DNA of 64,000 bases from Candidatus Hecatella orcuttiae. GTDB lineage: Archaea > Thermoproteota > Bathyarchaeia > Hecatellales > Hecatellaceae. Positions 8,201-18,091 of this stretch are shown here, one piece after another. Numbering within the stretch: the first letter of the stretch is position 1; each line of letters begins with the position of its first letter. The position numbers and the translations under genes were made by a program. The stretch covers positions 64,001-128,000 of the forward strand of contig MTLY02000003.1 in assembly GCA_002011035.2 (NCBI GenBank), in the 5' to 3' direction. The notes under the pieces are model-generated. The model did no database searches, was not told the DNA's origin, and saw only the letters and a program-made list of their open reading frames with translations.

Positions 8201-10279
8201 TCAGCTCCTAGTTCTCTCAGCCTTGGAGGGACATTCGGGGTTGATGCAGAACTGGAAGGGCCTTCGGCCGGCTGTTTTGTAGACTATGATGGGCCAGTTG
8301 CAGGTTTTGCAGGTTTTCTCCGTGGGGGTAACGCTGCCTTTTTGGGGGAGAGGCAAAGCTTTGTTGCATTTCCCCGTGAAGAAATTGGTGCATCCAATGA
8401 AGCGTTTCCCGGTTCTTCTGGACCTGAGAATTATGAGGCGGCCTGTTCCACACTGGGGGCAGGGTCCGATGATTCTCCTCCTGAGCATCTCCGCCCTGAT
8501 GGCTTCCGACAGCTCCACGCCTAGGGCTTCTTCAACCCTCTTCAACTGGGCGAGGATGGGCTTAAGCTCTTGGACGGCTTCTCTGAGGACGCTTCCTCTC
8601 CTCTCCAAGCTCTGCTCGATCCTCTCCATTTTTTCCTCCAGCATTCTGGTTAACTCCACGGAGACGATGGACGGACAGTATCGGCCTAGGGAGTTGACCA
8701 CGGCGAAGCCTAGGTCTGTGGCCACCATTCTTTCCTCCCTGATGTATCCTCTTTCATAGAGAGTTTCGATGATCTCAGCCCTCGTCGCCTTGGTTCCGAG
8801 GTTGTTTTCCTCCATGGCCCTGAGGAGGCTGGCTGGATTGTAGCGGGGAGGAGGCTCGGTGTGGTGGAGGAGGCCTTCCACCTTTCTCAGCATGACTTCT
8901 TCCCCCACCTTCAAAGGCGGGAGGAGGACCTCTTCCGCTTCCAAGTAAGGCTTGTAGAAGACAGTCCACCCTTCTTCAACCATCCTCCGCCCGTAAAGGA
9001 AGAACCGGTAGTCTGCGCAGTTCACCGTGACCTTTGTGCTAAGCCGGAGGGAGGGCGCGCCGAAGGCGGCCATAAACCGTTTGGCGACGAGATCGTAGAT
9101 TTTAGCCTCATCGCCGGTTAAATCTCTTTCAGGCTTTTTTCCCGTGGGGTAGACAGCCGGATGGGCTGGGTCCTCCCTTTTCCCCTCCCTAGGCCTAAGC
9201 TCCTTGGCTGAGAGAAGTTTCCTTGCAAGTTTTTCGTAGGCTGGGTTTTCAGCCAGCCCCTCCAAGACGTTTCGGTAATCGATGGTGGGGGGCAGCTTCT
9301 GGCTGCTGGTTCTGGGGTAGGAGATCAAGGCTTCTAAGTAGAGTCTCTCCGCGATGTCCAAGGCTCTTCTTGGGGTGTAGCCGAAGAACCGGTAGGCTTC
9401 CCTTTGCAGCGTCCCCAAGTCGAAGGGTTCCGGGGGAGGCCTGCGGAATTCTTTTTCTTCCACGCCCACTATCTTCCCCGTCTTCCCGCTGCATTTTTCC
9501 GCTATTTCCTCTGCTTCCCGCTGGCGGCTGATTTTTTCCCTTTCAAATTTAAGCTCGTACTCTTTTTCCCCTATTTGGGCGGAGGCTTTGATTTCCCAAT
9601 AGGGTGTGGGGACGAAGCTTCGGATATCCCTCTCCCTCTCTACCACCAGTCGAAGGGTGGGCCCTTGCACTCGGCCGACGCTCAGGGTAACGTACTTCTT
9701 CGAATGTTTGAGAGCGGAAAGAATGAGCGCCCGGGAGAGGTTGACGCCGTAAAGCCAGTCTACTTCATGACGGGTCTGACCGGCTTCAGCCATTTCAAAG
9801 TCTAGGCGAGGCATGAGGTTCTGGTAGGCGTGGTTGAGCTCCCGAGGGGTGAGGGTGGAGAACTTCATCCTTTTGGCTTCCTTTTCTCGGCCGTGGCAGG
9901 TGTGTTTGAGGATGATGTAGCCGATGAGGCTGCCTTCCACATCGTAGTCCGCAGCGTTCACCAGCTCGTCGGAGTCCTTTCCCAGCTTTTCAATGAGGTG
10001 GATGATGGCCTTGGTTCTCCCAGCTCCCCTTTCCACCTCGTAGCGGGGAGCCCATTTGAAGGTGAAGACAGGGTAAAAGTTCCGCCCTCCCATCTGCTGG
10101 GTGACGGTGTAGAGGTGACCGGAAGCCGGGACCACCACCACTTTTCTGCCCGCCCTCTCCAGCTCGAAGTAGGGAATCTTGCTGAAAAGCTTCCTCTTCG
10201 GCTTCCCCTCAGCGAGGGCTGATGCTATGCGCTCCGCCGCGTCAGGTTTCTCGGCGATGACCAACGTGTAGTTTCCCAT
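8201..10279 (-). CDS. topA: DNA topoisomerase I (type IA) with C-terminal Zn ribbons
   Basis: IAEKP, DYDVEG toprim, SVGRVQGPTL, ISYPRT (catalytic Tyr), GTKATRA, CPQC/CKTC ribbons. Confidence 0.97.
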   Translation of the reverse strand: MGNYTLVIAEKPDAAERIASALAEGKPKRKLFSKIPYFELERAGRKVVVVPASGHLYTVTQQMGGRNFYPVFTFKWAPRYEVERGAGRTKAIIHLIEKLGKDSDELVNAADYDVEGSLIGYIILKHTCHGREKEAKRMKFSTLTPRELNHAYQNLMPRLDFEMAEAGQTRHEVDWLYGVNLSRALILSALKHSKKYVTLSVGRVQGPTLRLVVERERDIRSFVPTPYWEIKASAQIGEKEYELKFEREKISRQREAEEIAEKCSGKTGKIVGVEEKEFRRPPPEPFDLGTLQREAYRFFGYTPRRALDIAERLYLEALISYPRTSSQKLPPTIDYRNVLEGLAENPAYEKLARKLLSAKELRPREGKREDPAHPAVYPTGKKPERDLTGDEAKIYDLVAKRFMAAFGAPSLRLSTKVTVNCADYRFFLYGRRMVEEGWTVFYKPYLEAEEVLLPPLKVGEEVMLRKVEGLLHHTEPPPRYNPASLLRAMEENNLGTKATRAEIIETLYERGYIREERMVATDLGFAVVNSLGRYCPSIVSVELTRMLEEKMERIEQSLERRGSVLREAVQELKPILAQLKRVEEALGVELSEAIRAEMLRRRIIGPCPQCGTGRLIILRSRRTGKRFIGCTNFFTGKCNKALPLPQKGSVTPTEKTCKTCNWPIIVYKTAGRRPFQFCINPECPSKAERTRS

Positions 10280-10423
10280 AAACCAAGCCGCCGACTAAAA
10301 ATTAAGCAAAGTCCCTAATAACATTTCCACGATGGATGAGAGCGGAAAAGCCCTAGGTTAGAGAAAGCTTATTCCTTTCCTCCGTATTTAAATTTCTACG
10401 ACGTCAAAAATCTGTCCTCGGCT

Positions 10424-11392
10424 TTGAACGGGAAAATAGATCAGGGGATGGCTGTGCGGAATACGAAGACCTCGGAAAGATTCATGCGCATGCGTCTGGT
10501 TACTCAGCGGGACTACGAAGAATTTGTGAAACTCCACGACCGCGTAACCGTTGAGCAGAGTGAGATTCCGATCGGGAAAAGCTGGAGGATCAGCCGGTAT
10601 GAGCCGGATCGAGAATATAAGCCTGAGGGTACAACCGTCTGGAGTTTTCCGGACAGAGGCTGCTGGGCCACTCATGTAGGGAACTTTCGAGGTAACTTTT
10701 CACCCTTCATCCCCCGGAACCTCATTCTGAAATACACGGTGAAAGGCGACTGGGTGCTGGACCAGATGGTCGGCAGCGGAACAACCCTCGTAGAATGCAA
10801 ACTTCTTCAGAGGAACGCCATAGGCGTAGACATCAATCCTGAAGCAATAATGGTTGCGCGGGATAGACTGAATTTCACTTGCAACTCCCCCTCCTCAGAT
10901 TACGAGGAGCCGGTCATTCGAACATACGTGGGGGATGCGAGAAACTTAAACGAGGTTGCGGATGAAAGCATAGACCTGATAGTCACCCATCCACCCTATG
11001 CCTACATCATAGGATACACCAGGAAAGGCTTGGAGGGGGACATTTCCCAGCTGAGCCTCCCCGACTACCTTAGGGCGATGAGGAAGATAGCGCAGGAGTC
11101 CCTGAGAGTGTTGAAAGGAGGGAAACACTGCAGCATCCTCATAGGGGACACCCGCAGACACGCGCACTATGTTCCCCTCGCCTTCCGGGTGATGCAGAAG
11201 TTTTTAGAGGCAGGCTTTATCCTGAAAGAAGACATCGTAAAACTGCAACACAAAGTCTTAACAGACCGAGGGAAGTGGCGGAAAGCCTACTATGACTTCT
11301 ACAAGATCATGCATGAGCACATTTTCGTATTCCGGAAGCCCTCAAAAGAAGAGAAAACAACCAAGTTTAAGCTAAGCGCCAAGTGGTGGTGA
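10424..11392 (+). CDS. Amino-type (N4-C/N6-A) DNA methyltransferase, orphan; true start probably ATG near 10484-10490
   Basis: VLDQMVGSGTT (SAM motif I), GDAR, THPPY (motif IV), HEHIFVFRK. Confidence 0.85.
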   Translation: MNGKIDQGMAVRNTKTSERFMRMRLVTQRDYEEFVKLHDRVTVEQSEIPIGKSWRISRYEPDREYKPEGTTVWSFPDRGCWATHVGNFRGNFSPFIPRNLILKYTVKGDWVLDQMVGSGTTLVECKLLQRNAIGVDINPEAIMVARDRLNFTCNSPSSDYEEPVIRTYVGDARNLNEVADESIDLIVTHPPYAYIIGYTRKGLEGDISQLSLPDYLRAMRKIAQESLRVLKGGKHCSILIGDTRRHAHYVPLAFRVMQKFLEAGFILKEDIVKLQHKVLTDRGKWRKAYYDFYKIMHEHIFVFRKPSKEEKTTKFKLSAKWW

Positions 11393-11439
11393 CTCTCCTC
11401 GTCAGTCTGGGATCCGGGGAGGGTCCGAGTAACCTGCGG

Positions 11440-12699
11440 CTAGGTTTTCAGGGAGGCGAGGGGCAGAGCTCTCCCGTAGTTTTCTTCGATTCTCAGAAGC
11501 TCGTTCATCTTGGCAACTCTCTCTCCCCCCAGCACTCCCGCCTTGATGAGGGGGCAGCCGAAGGCAACAGCCAAATGGGCCAGATGGCCTTCGCAGGTCT
11601 CCCCTGAACGGTGGGATGCAATGGGGACGAGGCCTGAGCCTCGGGCGAGTTTGGCAGCTTCCAAGGCGTCACTCACCGTTCCCACTTGGTTGGGTTTGAT
11701 GATGACGGCGGTGGCTGCCTTCAGCCTTATGCCCTCCTCCAGCTTTTCTCGGCTGGTTACGAAGAGGTCGTCTCCGCAGATGAGGCATCCTTTCGCCTTT
11801 TCGGTGAGCTCCGCGAAGCCTTGGAAGTCTTCCTCCTCTAAGGGGTCTTCCACGTAGGCTAGGCGGTATTCCTGAATCAACCGGAGAACATGGTCCATAT
11901 GCTCTTCTCTCCCCAAGGTTCTCCTTTCGCTTTCATACCTGTAGACTTTCGATCTCGAGTCCCAGAAGGAGGAGGCCGCTACATCCAATCCAACCCTAAC
12001 CTTGACTCCCATTTCTCCGGAAACCTCCTCCGCAGCCTTAGAAACCGCTTCCAAAGCCTCCTCGTTTCCCAGCCTAGGCGCCCACGCGCCTTCATCGCCT
12101 TTCCCCCGGGTGAAGCCGGGAGCTCTCTCCTCCAGCAGCTTCCCTAGGCGACGGTGAACTTGAAGGTTGGCTTCGTAGGCTTGGCGGAAGCTCCCACACC
12201 CTTCAGCCACCGTCAGATATTCCTGAAAGTCAGGAGCACCCTTACCCGCATGCTTGCCGCCTCCTAGGACGTTTCCCAGCGGGAGGGGCAGCCGAAGGTT
12301 CGAGGTTTCTCCCGCCAGCTGGGCGAAAAGGGGAACGCCGTGGGTGGAAGCGGCAGCCTGAGCGGAAGCCAAGGAGACAGCGTAGGCCGTGTTGCCTCCC
12401 AACCGGCTGAAGTTCTCCGTACCATCAATCTCGTGGAGGGTTTCGTCCACCAGCTTCTGATTGTCCGCGTCCAAGCCCACCAGCCGAGGTTCCACCGTGC
12501 TTCGCAGCTTCTCCACAGCCTCCCTCACGCCTCCGGGAGGGAAGTAGGCAACCTCATACTTGCCTTTACTTTTTCCAGCCGGGGCGGAAGCCCGACCTGA
12601 GCCTCCTAAGGTTTTAACTTCAACCTCCACCGTTTCTTCTCCCCGGCTGTTGAAGATTATCCTCGCCTTCACGCTTTGGATGATGGTGAGGGTGGTCAA
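11440..12699 (-). CDS. eno: Enolase
   Basis: FNSRGEETVEVEV, DFQEY, GDEGAWAP, GLDVAAS, EDPL, GDDLFVT, IKPNQVGT, SHRSGET. Confidence 0.96.
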   Translation of the reverse strand: MTTLTIIQSVKARIIFNSRGEETVEVEVKTLGGSGRASAPAGKSKGKYEVAYFPPGGVREAVEKLRSTVEPRLVGLDADNQKLVDETLHEIDGTENFSRLGGNTAYAVSLASAQAAASTHGVPLFAQLAGETSNLRLPLPLGNVLGGGKHAGKGAPDFQEYLTVAEGCGSFRQAYEANLQVHRRLGKLLEERAPGFTRGKGDEGAWAPRLGNEEALEAVSKAAEEVSGEMGVKVRVGLDVAASSFWDSRSKVYRYESERRTLGREEHMDHVLRLIQEYRLAYVEDPLEEEDFQGFAELTEKAKGCLICGDDLFVTSREKLEEGIRLKAATAVIIKPNQVGTVSDALEAAKLARGSGLVPIASHRSGETCEGHLAHLAVAFGCPLIKAGVLGGERVAKMNELLRIEENYGRALPLASLKT

Positions 12700-12790
12700 T
12701 GGAGCTTTCCTCCTACACTGGAGATACCGTTCACCTACCAGATCAGAGGTTTAGGGAGAAAAAATTTTTCCTCAAACCGGAGAGCTGTCA

Positions 12791-13000
12791 CTACCGGCTG
12801 CCTTTGGTGAACTTTTTCGAGAACTCTAGGATTTCATCTAGGATGTCCAGATGGGAGAGAAGCATCCTGCGGCAGCAGTATCGTGTTACCCCCAGACTGT
12901 CGAGGACTTTCCCAGCGTCCTCTCCCCCATCCACCCGGCTTCGGAATTCCTCCCACTTGTCTCCGATAAGCCCGCCGCAGGTGAAACATCTCACAGGCAC
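12791..13000 (-). CDS. rpoN: RNA polymerase subunit N (Rpo10)
   Basis: PVRCFTCG...[11 protein letters not shown]. Confidence 0.97.
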   Translation of the reverse strand: MPVRCFTCGGLIGDKWEEFRSRVDGGEDAGKVLDSLGVTRYCCRRMLLSHLDILDEILEFSKKFTKGSR

Positions 13001-13089
13001 GATAACGGTTTCCAGCCTCCCCTTCGCTGCCTAGGGATCAGAGGCAGCTAAACTATTTAGACGTTACCTCCTCCTCGCAGCAACTTCCA

Positions 13090-13497
13090 CTACCGGTATG
13101 ATTTCTGCCTTCTCCTTCTAGCCCCTATCCCGCCGAACTTTTTCATCTCCTTCCTCCGGGCGTCTCCTGCCAGCATCGACCTATCTTGGGCGTAGAAGAG
13201 TTTCTTCAACTTGCTGCTTTTAAACCAGCTCAGAAGGCCTCGGGCAATGCTCATCCTCACCGCTTCAGCCTGCCCGAAAAAGCCTCCGCCTTTGACGGTG
13301 ACGTCTATGTCCACCTGCTTCCAAGCGTCGCCGCTCAGGGTTAGGGGCTCTAAGATTTTCTCCCTAGCCACCTCAGGCTGGTAAAATTCCAGTGGAACCC
13401 CGTTTATCTTCACAATTCCCGTTCCCGGCCTAATCACAGTCTTAGCTATGGCTGTTTTCTTTTTCCCTACGGCGATTACAGGTTTTTTACCGGGCAT
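13090..13497 (-). CDS. rps9: 30S ribosomal protein S9
   Basis: GKKKTAIA, GGGFFGQAEA, KKFGGIGARRRRQKSYR. Confidence 0.97.
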   Translation of the reverse strand: MPGKKPVIAVGKKKTAIAKTVIRPGTGIVKINGVPLEFYQPEVAREKILEPLTLSGDAWKQVDIDVTVKGGGFFGQAEAVRMSIARGLLSWFKSSKLKKLFYAQDRSMLAGDARRKEMKKFGGIGARRRRQKSYR

Positions 13498-13510
13498 CCT
13501 ATTTCACGCC

Positions 13511-13966
13511 TCACTTCCAGCCTAGTTCCCGGGAAATCTTCTCCAATGTCACCCAGCCGCATCGAAGCCTTTGAGCCGAAGCCTCCTCCACGGTGTGCAT
13601 CTTTCTCCCCTCCGCCTCCTTTGGGAGGCCTATGTACACGCGGAGCCTTTTGAAGGCAGCTTTCCCCTTGGCGGTTTCCTTCGGAAGCATACCTCGAACC
13701 ATCCTTCTCAGAATTCTGTCCGGCCGCCTCACATGTTTCGGGCCGTATTTGGGGTTGCCTCTCCCCACGACCTCCCTGTAAGCTTTGAACTCCTTGAGGC
13801 GGCTGTTCTTCCGCCCGGAAAGGACTGCCTTCTCCGCGTTGACGATGGAAATTTTTTCGCCTTTCAAAAGCCTTTTAGCCACCACGCTCGCCAGCCGGCC
13901 GGCGATGAGGCCTCGGGCGTCGATGACTGTAAAGTCTTCAGGTAGGGTTGTAGGCAATTTTATCAC
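13511..13966 (-). CDS. rpl13: 50S ribosomal protein L13
   Basis: IDARGLIAGRLASVVAK, VNAEK, RRMVRGMLP. Confidence 0.97.
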   Translation of the reverse strand: MIKLPTTLPEDFTVIDARGLIAGRLASVVAKRLLKGEKISIVNAEKAVLSGRKNSRLKEFKAYREVVGRGNPKYGPKHVRRPDRILRRMVRGMLPKETAKGKAAFKRLRVYIGLPKEAEGRKMHTVEEASAQRLRCGWVTLEKISRELGWK

Positions 13967-14322
13967 GCTAAGAGTTTCACTTTCTTCCCTTCAGGGTTGA
14001 TGGAGAGCATTTCTTCCAGTTTTAAGCATTTGCCCCCAGCTTCCTCTATCTTTTTCCTAGCTTTGGCGGAGAAAGAGAAGGCCGCCACCGTCACGGGATG
14101 CGTTAGAAGCCCGGCGCTGAGGGTTTTCCCCGGAACCACAACTTGGTCGCCGCGCTCTGTGTGCCTGTTTATGGTGCTGAGGTTCACGGCGATTCTCCTC
14201 CGCTTGGCTTTCTCGAGGAGTTCAGCTACCCTCCTCCAAAGTTTCACCTTCCGCGCTCTAGCCTCCTTACGGAGAAGCCTAGTCAAGGCAGCTCTTTCAG
14301 GATTGACTTCAGCCTTCCTCAC
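13963..14322 (-). CDS. rpl18e: 50S ribosomal protein L18e
   Basis: VNLSTINR, VVVPGKTL, AAFSFSAKARKKI. Confidence 0.95.
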   Translation of the reverse strand: MRKAEVNPERAALTRLLRKEARARKVKLWRRVAELLEKAKRRRIAVNLSTINRHTERGDQVVVPGKTLSAGLLTHPVTVAAFSFSAKARKKIEEAGGKCLKLEEMLSINPEGKKVKLLA

Positions 14323-15149
14323 GTTTGTTTTCCACCTTTGACGGCGAGCTTCTTGGTGACCTCTTCAGCCTTTTTCTTCAAAATCTCTGTTGCTTTGAAT
14401 AGAACTTGCTTGGCAGACAGGCCTCCTACCGATTCTAGGTTGAAGATGAGGGTTGTATCATCCCAGGAAACATCCACGGCTGAGGGGTCTTGGGGGCATG
14501 CCTTCACACACTCGTAGCATAGGGTGCAGGAAACGGGGTCCACAACTACTATCACGTCTTTTTCAACTTGGAGGATGTTTTTAGGGCAGGCGTCAACGCA
14601 CACCCGGCAGGCGTCGCATTTTTTGAGGTTGATCCTGATGTTAGGCATGTACTTGTAGGCGGCAACGGCGACCGGCTGCCATTTAGCGTGCTTTTTACCT
14701 GTTCCCAGCTTCGCGTAGGCTTCGAATTTAAGCTTTTGATTTACCTCCAGTTTGATGATGGGAATCTTGTCGGAAACAGGGCGAATGTGTGGGTCGTCGA
14801 ACTTCAAGTCGCCTGAATACACCGTCTTCCGCCCGTCTAGGGCCTCTACTTCCAAGGTGGCCGTAGCCCGGCATCGGCTGCATCCCATTTCGCTTTTGCA
14901 CTCGCATTCCTCGGGAAGAACGTAAGAGTCCAAGTCGGTGGTGAGGGGAATTAAGCCCAGCCTGTGAGCTATGGTCTCGTCATCCAAGGTTGAAGTGTTC
15001 TCGTAGAAGAAAACGTCCTCAATGGCCATGCAGGGGACTTCGCTTATCATGATACGCCTCAAGGCGTTGGCGAAGGCAGGGGAAGATTGGGAAAGGATGA
15101 AACGGACGCTGTTTCCTTCCGCCTCTAAAACTTTAACCTCCAAAGCCAT
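14319..15149 (-). CDS. rpoD: RNA polymerase subunit D (Rpo3) with ferredoxin-like Fe-S domain
   Basis: ANALRRIMISEVP, AHRLGLIPL, HAKWQP; two CxxCxxCxxxCP motifs. Confidence 0.97.
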   Translation of the reverse strand: MALEVKVLEAEGNSVRFILSQSSPAFANALRRIMISEVPCMAIEDVFFYENTSTLDDETIAHRLGLIPLTTDLDSYVLPEECECKSEMGCSRCRATATLEVEALDGRKTVYSGDLKFDDPHIRPVSDKIPIIKLEVNQKLKFEAYAKLGTGKKHAKWQPVAVAAYKYMPNIRINLKKCDACRVCVDACPKNILQVEKDVIVVVDPVSCTLCYECVKACPQDPSAVDVSWDDTTLIFNLESVGGLSAKQVLFKATEILKKKAEEVTKKLAVKGGKQT

Positions 15150-15155
15150 TCTCCC

Positions 15156-15563
15156 CTACACTCGCCGTCCTCTTCTTCCTCCCGGCCTTCGGGTTCCGTC
15201 ATGAGGTATGGGGGTGGCATCTTCGATTCTCCCAATTTTCAAGCCTGACCTGGCGAGAGCGCGGATGGCCGGCTGAGCTCCAGGGCCGGGGGTTTTTTGG
15301 AAATGCCCTCCCGGCGCCCTAACTTTGATGTGGACGCCTACGAATCCCCTGTCCTTGGCCATTTGAGCGGCCTTGGACGCTGCCTGCATGGCAGCGTAGG
15401 GGGACGACTCCAGCCGGTCGGCTTTGACGAACATGCCTCCTGAGCATAGGGCTACAGTTTCAGCTCCTGAAATGTCGGTGATGTGGACGATGGTGTTGTT
15501 GTAGGAGCTGAAGATGTGGGCGATACCCCACTTGTCTTTTTCGCTCACGGATTTTTCCCCCAA
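15156..15563 (-). CDS. rps11: 30S ribosomal protein S11
   Basis: [39 protein letters not shown]. Confidence 0.97.
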   Translation of the reverse strand: MGEKSVSEKDKWGIAHIFSSYNNTIVHITDISGAETVALCSGGMFVKADRLESSPYAAMQAASKAAQMAKDRGFVGVHIKVRAPGGHFQKTPGPGAQPAIRALARSGLKIGRIEDATPIPHDGTRRPGGRRGRRV

Positions 15564-16085
15564 CTATTGGCCTAGGGTCTTCCTTACAGGGTGTTCCTCT
15601 TCCCTGAAGGGGCTGTCGGGGCTGAAGGAGAGCTGACCCTCCTCATCCCTTCGAACCATGTAACTGGGAGCTGTCACCTTTTTCTCTCCAACTTGAATGT
15701 GGCCGTGGGTGATAAACTGCCGGGCTTGGTGAAGAGATTTAGCTAAACCCTGCCTGAAGACCACGGTCTGAAGCCTCCGCTCTAGGATGTTCTCCACAAC
15801 CAAGTCTAGGACGTCTTCCACGGTTCCCCCTTTCTCGATGAGGCCGAGCTTGTAGAGTTTCGAGAGTAGCTCTTCCTCCATTTTCGCCCGTTTCTCAGGG
15901 GGCATACCTAGAAGGGAGCGGGCGATGTTTCTGTACTTGGTGAGTTCCGTTTTGTGTTTCCAGAGTTCTCTCTTGTTTCTCAAACCGAAGAGGCCTAGCA
16001 GCTTTAGCTCCTCAGCTAAGACATCCGCCTGCCAAGGCTGCCTAGGGGATTCGTATCTCCTCCTAGGTTTTTTCGGATCCCCCAT
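15564..16085 (-). CDS. rps4: 30S ribosomal protein S4
   Basis: [31 protein letters not shown]. Confidence 0.97.
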   Translation of the reverse strand: MGDPKKPRRRYESPRQPWQADVLAEELKLLGLFGLRNKRELWKHKTELTKYRNIARSLLGMPPEKRAKMEEELLSKLYKLGLIEKGGTVEDVLDLVVENILERRLQTVVFRQGLAKSLHQARQFITHGHIQVGEKKVTAPSYMVRRDEEGQLSFSPDSPFREEEHPVRKTLGQ

Positions 16086-16105
16086 TTCTCTCTGCCTCTG
16101 AAGCC

Positions 16106-16573
16106 TTAAGCTGACTCACGGCGGGCTGCAGCCTTTCTGCTCACACCTATAGCTTTTCCTTTTCTCCCCGTCGTCCTGGTTTTCTGGCCTCTGACCTTCA
16201 GTCCTAGGCTGTGGCGGAGGCCTTTCCAGCATTTTATCTCCTTCATGAAGTCTATGTCCATCCTTTCTCTCAAAGCCAGGTCAGACCCGTGAAGGTGTTT
16301 ATCCGCCCCTGTTTCAGGGTCTTTTCTCCTGTTGTAGAGGAAGCTGGGAAGCCCAGCCTTTTCAGGGTTGTTGATGATATCCTCGATTTTCTGAACAGCT
16401 TCATCGCTGAGCTCTCCGACTCTAGCTTCAGGGTTAAGCTGAGCCGCCTTGACCACGGCCCTGGCGAGGTTTATGCCTAAGCCCCTAATTTTAGCTAGTC
16501 CGTAGGTTAGCTTTTTGGAACCTTCCACGTCGGTTCCGCAGATTCTTATGATATGCCTGAAACCTTCAGCCAA
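16106..16573 (-). CDS. rps13: 30S ribosomal protein S13
   Basis: [27 protein letters not shown]. Confidence 0.97.
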   Translation of the reverse strand: MAEGFRHIIRICGTDVEGSKKLTYGLAKIRGLGINLARAVVKAAQLNPEARVGELSDEAVQKIEDIINNPEKAGLPSFLYNRRKDPETGADKHLHGSDLALRERMDIDFMKEIKCWKGLRHSLGLKVRGQKTRTTGRKGKAIGVSRKAAARRESA

Positions 16574-17038
16574 GCTCGATCACGGCGTATGCATTAAAAG
16601 ATTTTGAGGTTAATATAAGGATTTAGGCTAATCTCAATTAAAATAAGCGAAAGTTCACCGTAAACGTGGCTTGGAAGGCGGGCTGCAGCCTCCCGGCTTC
16701 AAGCAAAATAAGCCGGAAAGGGCTGTTAAAGACAGGGAAGAAGATGATAGACCGAATTTGGCTGGTTCTACCGGAGCTAGGGTACATCAGGGTATCCACG
16801 GTCTTAACCGTGACAGCCGCTTTCCTCATGGTGCTAAGTCTTCGGAGGAAGCCCTACGTGGCGTATGTGGTTCGGAAGCGGGAGTTTATCTAGAATTTTT
16901 CAGGCTTCCCGTTTTTATGCTCCTTCGGCTTCGACAGCCAAACAGGTTCGTTAACCGTCTCTGAAGCGTTAAATGGTAAATTAACAGCGCGGCTCGCTGA
17001 AAATTATAACCTAAAGAAAAAGAGCTGGAAAAGGGTGG

Positions 17039-17064
17039 AAAAAAGAATGCTCGGCCCGAGGCAT
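17039..17064 (-). terminator. Putative terminator (short hairpin plus T-run) after the 54-aa gene
   Basis: Minus strand ATGCCTCGGGCCGAGCAT followed by TCTTTTTT. Confidence 0.4.
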
Positions 17065-17081
17065 CGGGTTGCTTTGACAAG

Positions 17082-17246
17082 TTAAATTCTGCCCAGCTCT
17101 CCGGAGGATATCTTATCCACCAGTGTATTCCACTGTTCCGGGGTCAGTTTACACAGGTTTCCCTCTTCGCCTATTCGGACTTCTTTCTCATCGACTTCTA
17201 CGGTTGGACAGCAGCTGCCCTCTCCGCATAGGGTCACTATCTTCAC
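17082..17246 (-). CDS. Small 54-aa protein absent from the ORF track (MKIVTLCGEGSCCPTVEVDEKEVRIGEEGNLCKLTPEQWNTLVDKISSGELGRI)
   Basis: Translated by hand; GTG start 6 nt after a GGAGGTGA SD (17253-17260); followed by a hairpin and T-run. Confidence 0.75.
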   Translation of the reverse strand: MKIVTLCGEGSCCPTVEVDEKEVRIGEEGNLCKLTPEQWNTLVDKISSGELGRI

Positions 17247-17411
17247 ACTCTGTCACCTCCGATGATGTGTCTTATCTTCGAAAACTTAATCATGATATTT
17301 ATCCTTTTATTCTAACAATTGTTAGCCGCCCTTCTGCTTTGAATAGTGTGGCTGTCTTCATTTTTGCTGTTAACGTCTATTTTCAAAATAATTATTAGTC
17401 ATCGTAACCTG

Positions 17412-17430
17412 TTATCACTTATTGTGATAA
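17412..17430. promoter_or_regulatory. Perfect 7-5-7 inverted repeat, candidate operator for the DPSL gene
   Basis: TTATCAC-TTATT-GTGATAA just upstream of the GGAGGTGA SD in an AT-rich intergenic region. Confidence 0.55.
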
Positions 17431-17450
17431 ATAGATGGAGGTGAATAAAT

Positions 17451-18026
17451 GTGGAAAAGACCGCGAACGTTGGAAGAGAAATGGTGGAGAAAGCCGGTGT
17501 TGATGTTGAACTTTTGATAGATAAGCTTAAGAAGGCTGCGGCAGCTGAATTCACCACCTACTATTACTATACCCTCCTGAGAATGCACTGCACAGGTTTG
17601 GAGGGTGAAACAGTCAAGGAGATAGCCGAGGACGCTCGACTTGAAGACCGCCTGCACTTCGAAACTCTTGTCCCCAGAATCTATGAGCTGGGAGGCGAAC
17701 TCTACCGAGACCTGAAGGAGCTTCATGACGACGCGGCGTGCGCCGCCGCCTATCTCCCCAAAGACCCCAGTAACGTGAAGGAGATTCTCAAGGTTCTGCT
17801 GGAAGCTGAAAGGTGCGCTGTGCGGGTTTACACGGAAATCTGCAATATGACCGCGGGAAAAGACCATCGAACCTACGACTTATCCCTAGCCATACTTCAT
17901 GAGGAGATCGAGCATGAGGCATGGTTCCAAGAAATGCTGGAAGACAGACCGTCCGGACACTTCAGGCGGAGGTATCCCGGAGAGGGACCCTACACCAAAA
18001 AGTTCAGGCATATCGAAGCGCCCTAA
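17451..18026 (+). CDS. DPS-like (DPSL) ferritin-family protein
   Basis: [39 protein letters not shown]; conserved Cys pair. Confidence 0.93.
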   Translation: MEKTANVGREMVEKAGVDVELLIDKLKKAAAAEFTTYYYYTLLRMHCTGLEGETVKEIAEDARLEDRLHFETLVPRIYELGGELYRDLKELHDDAACAAAYLPKDPSNVKEILKVLLEAERCAVRVYTEICNMTAGKDHRTYDLSLAILHEEIEHEAWFQEMLEDRPSGHFRRRYPGEGPYTKKFRHIEAP

Positions 18027-18091
18027 CGTTTCTCAAAAAAATAACCTTTTTCCCTTTTTTTTGAGTAAACCAGTTAAAGGAATAACCACCC

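Noticed and set aside
12700-13089. tRNA or rpoK expected around rpoN
   Set aside because: No cloverleaf or RpoK-like frame in either flanking gap
17040-17280. Candidate RNase P or SRP RNA in the apparent ORF gap
   Set aside because: No GAGGAAAGUCC or SRP helix-8 signature; explained by a 54-aa gene with an SD
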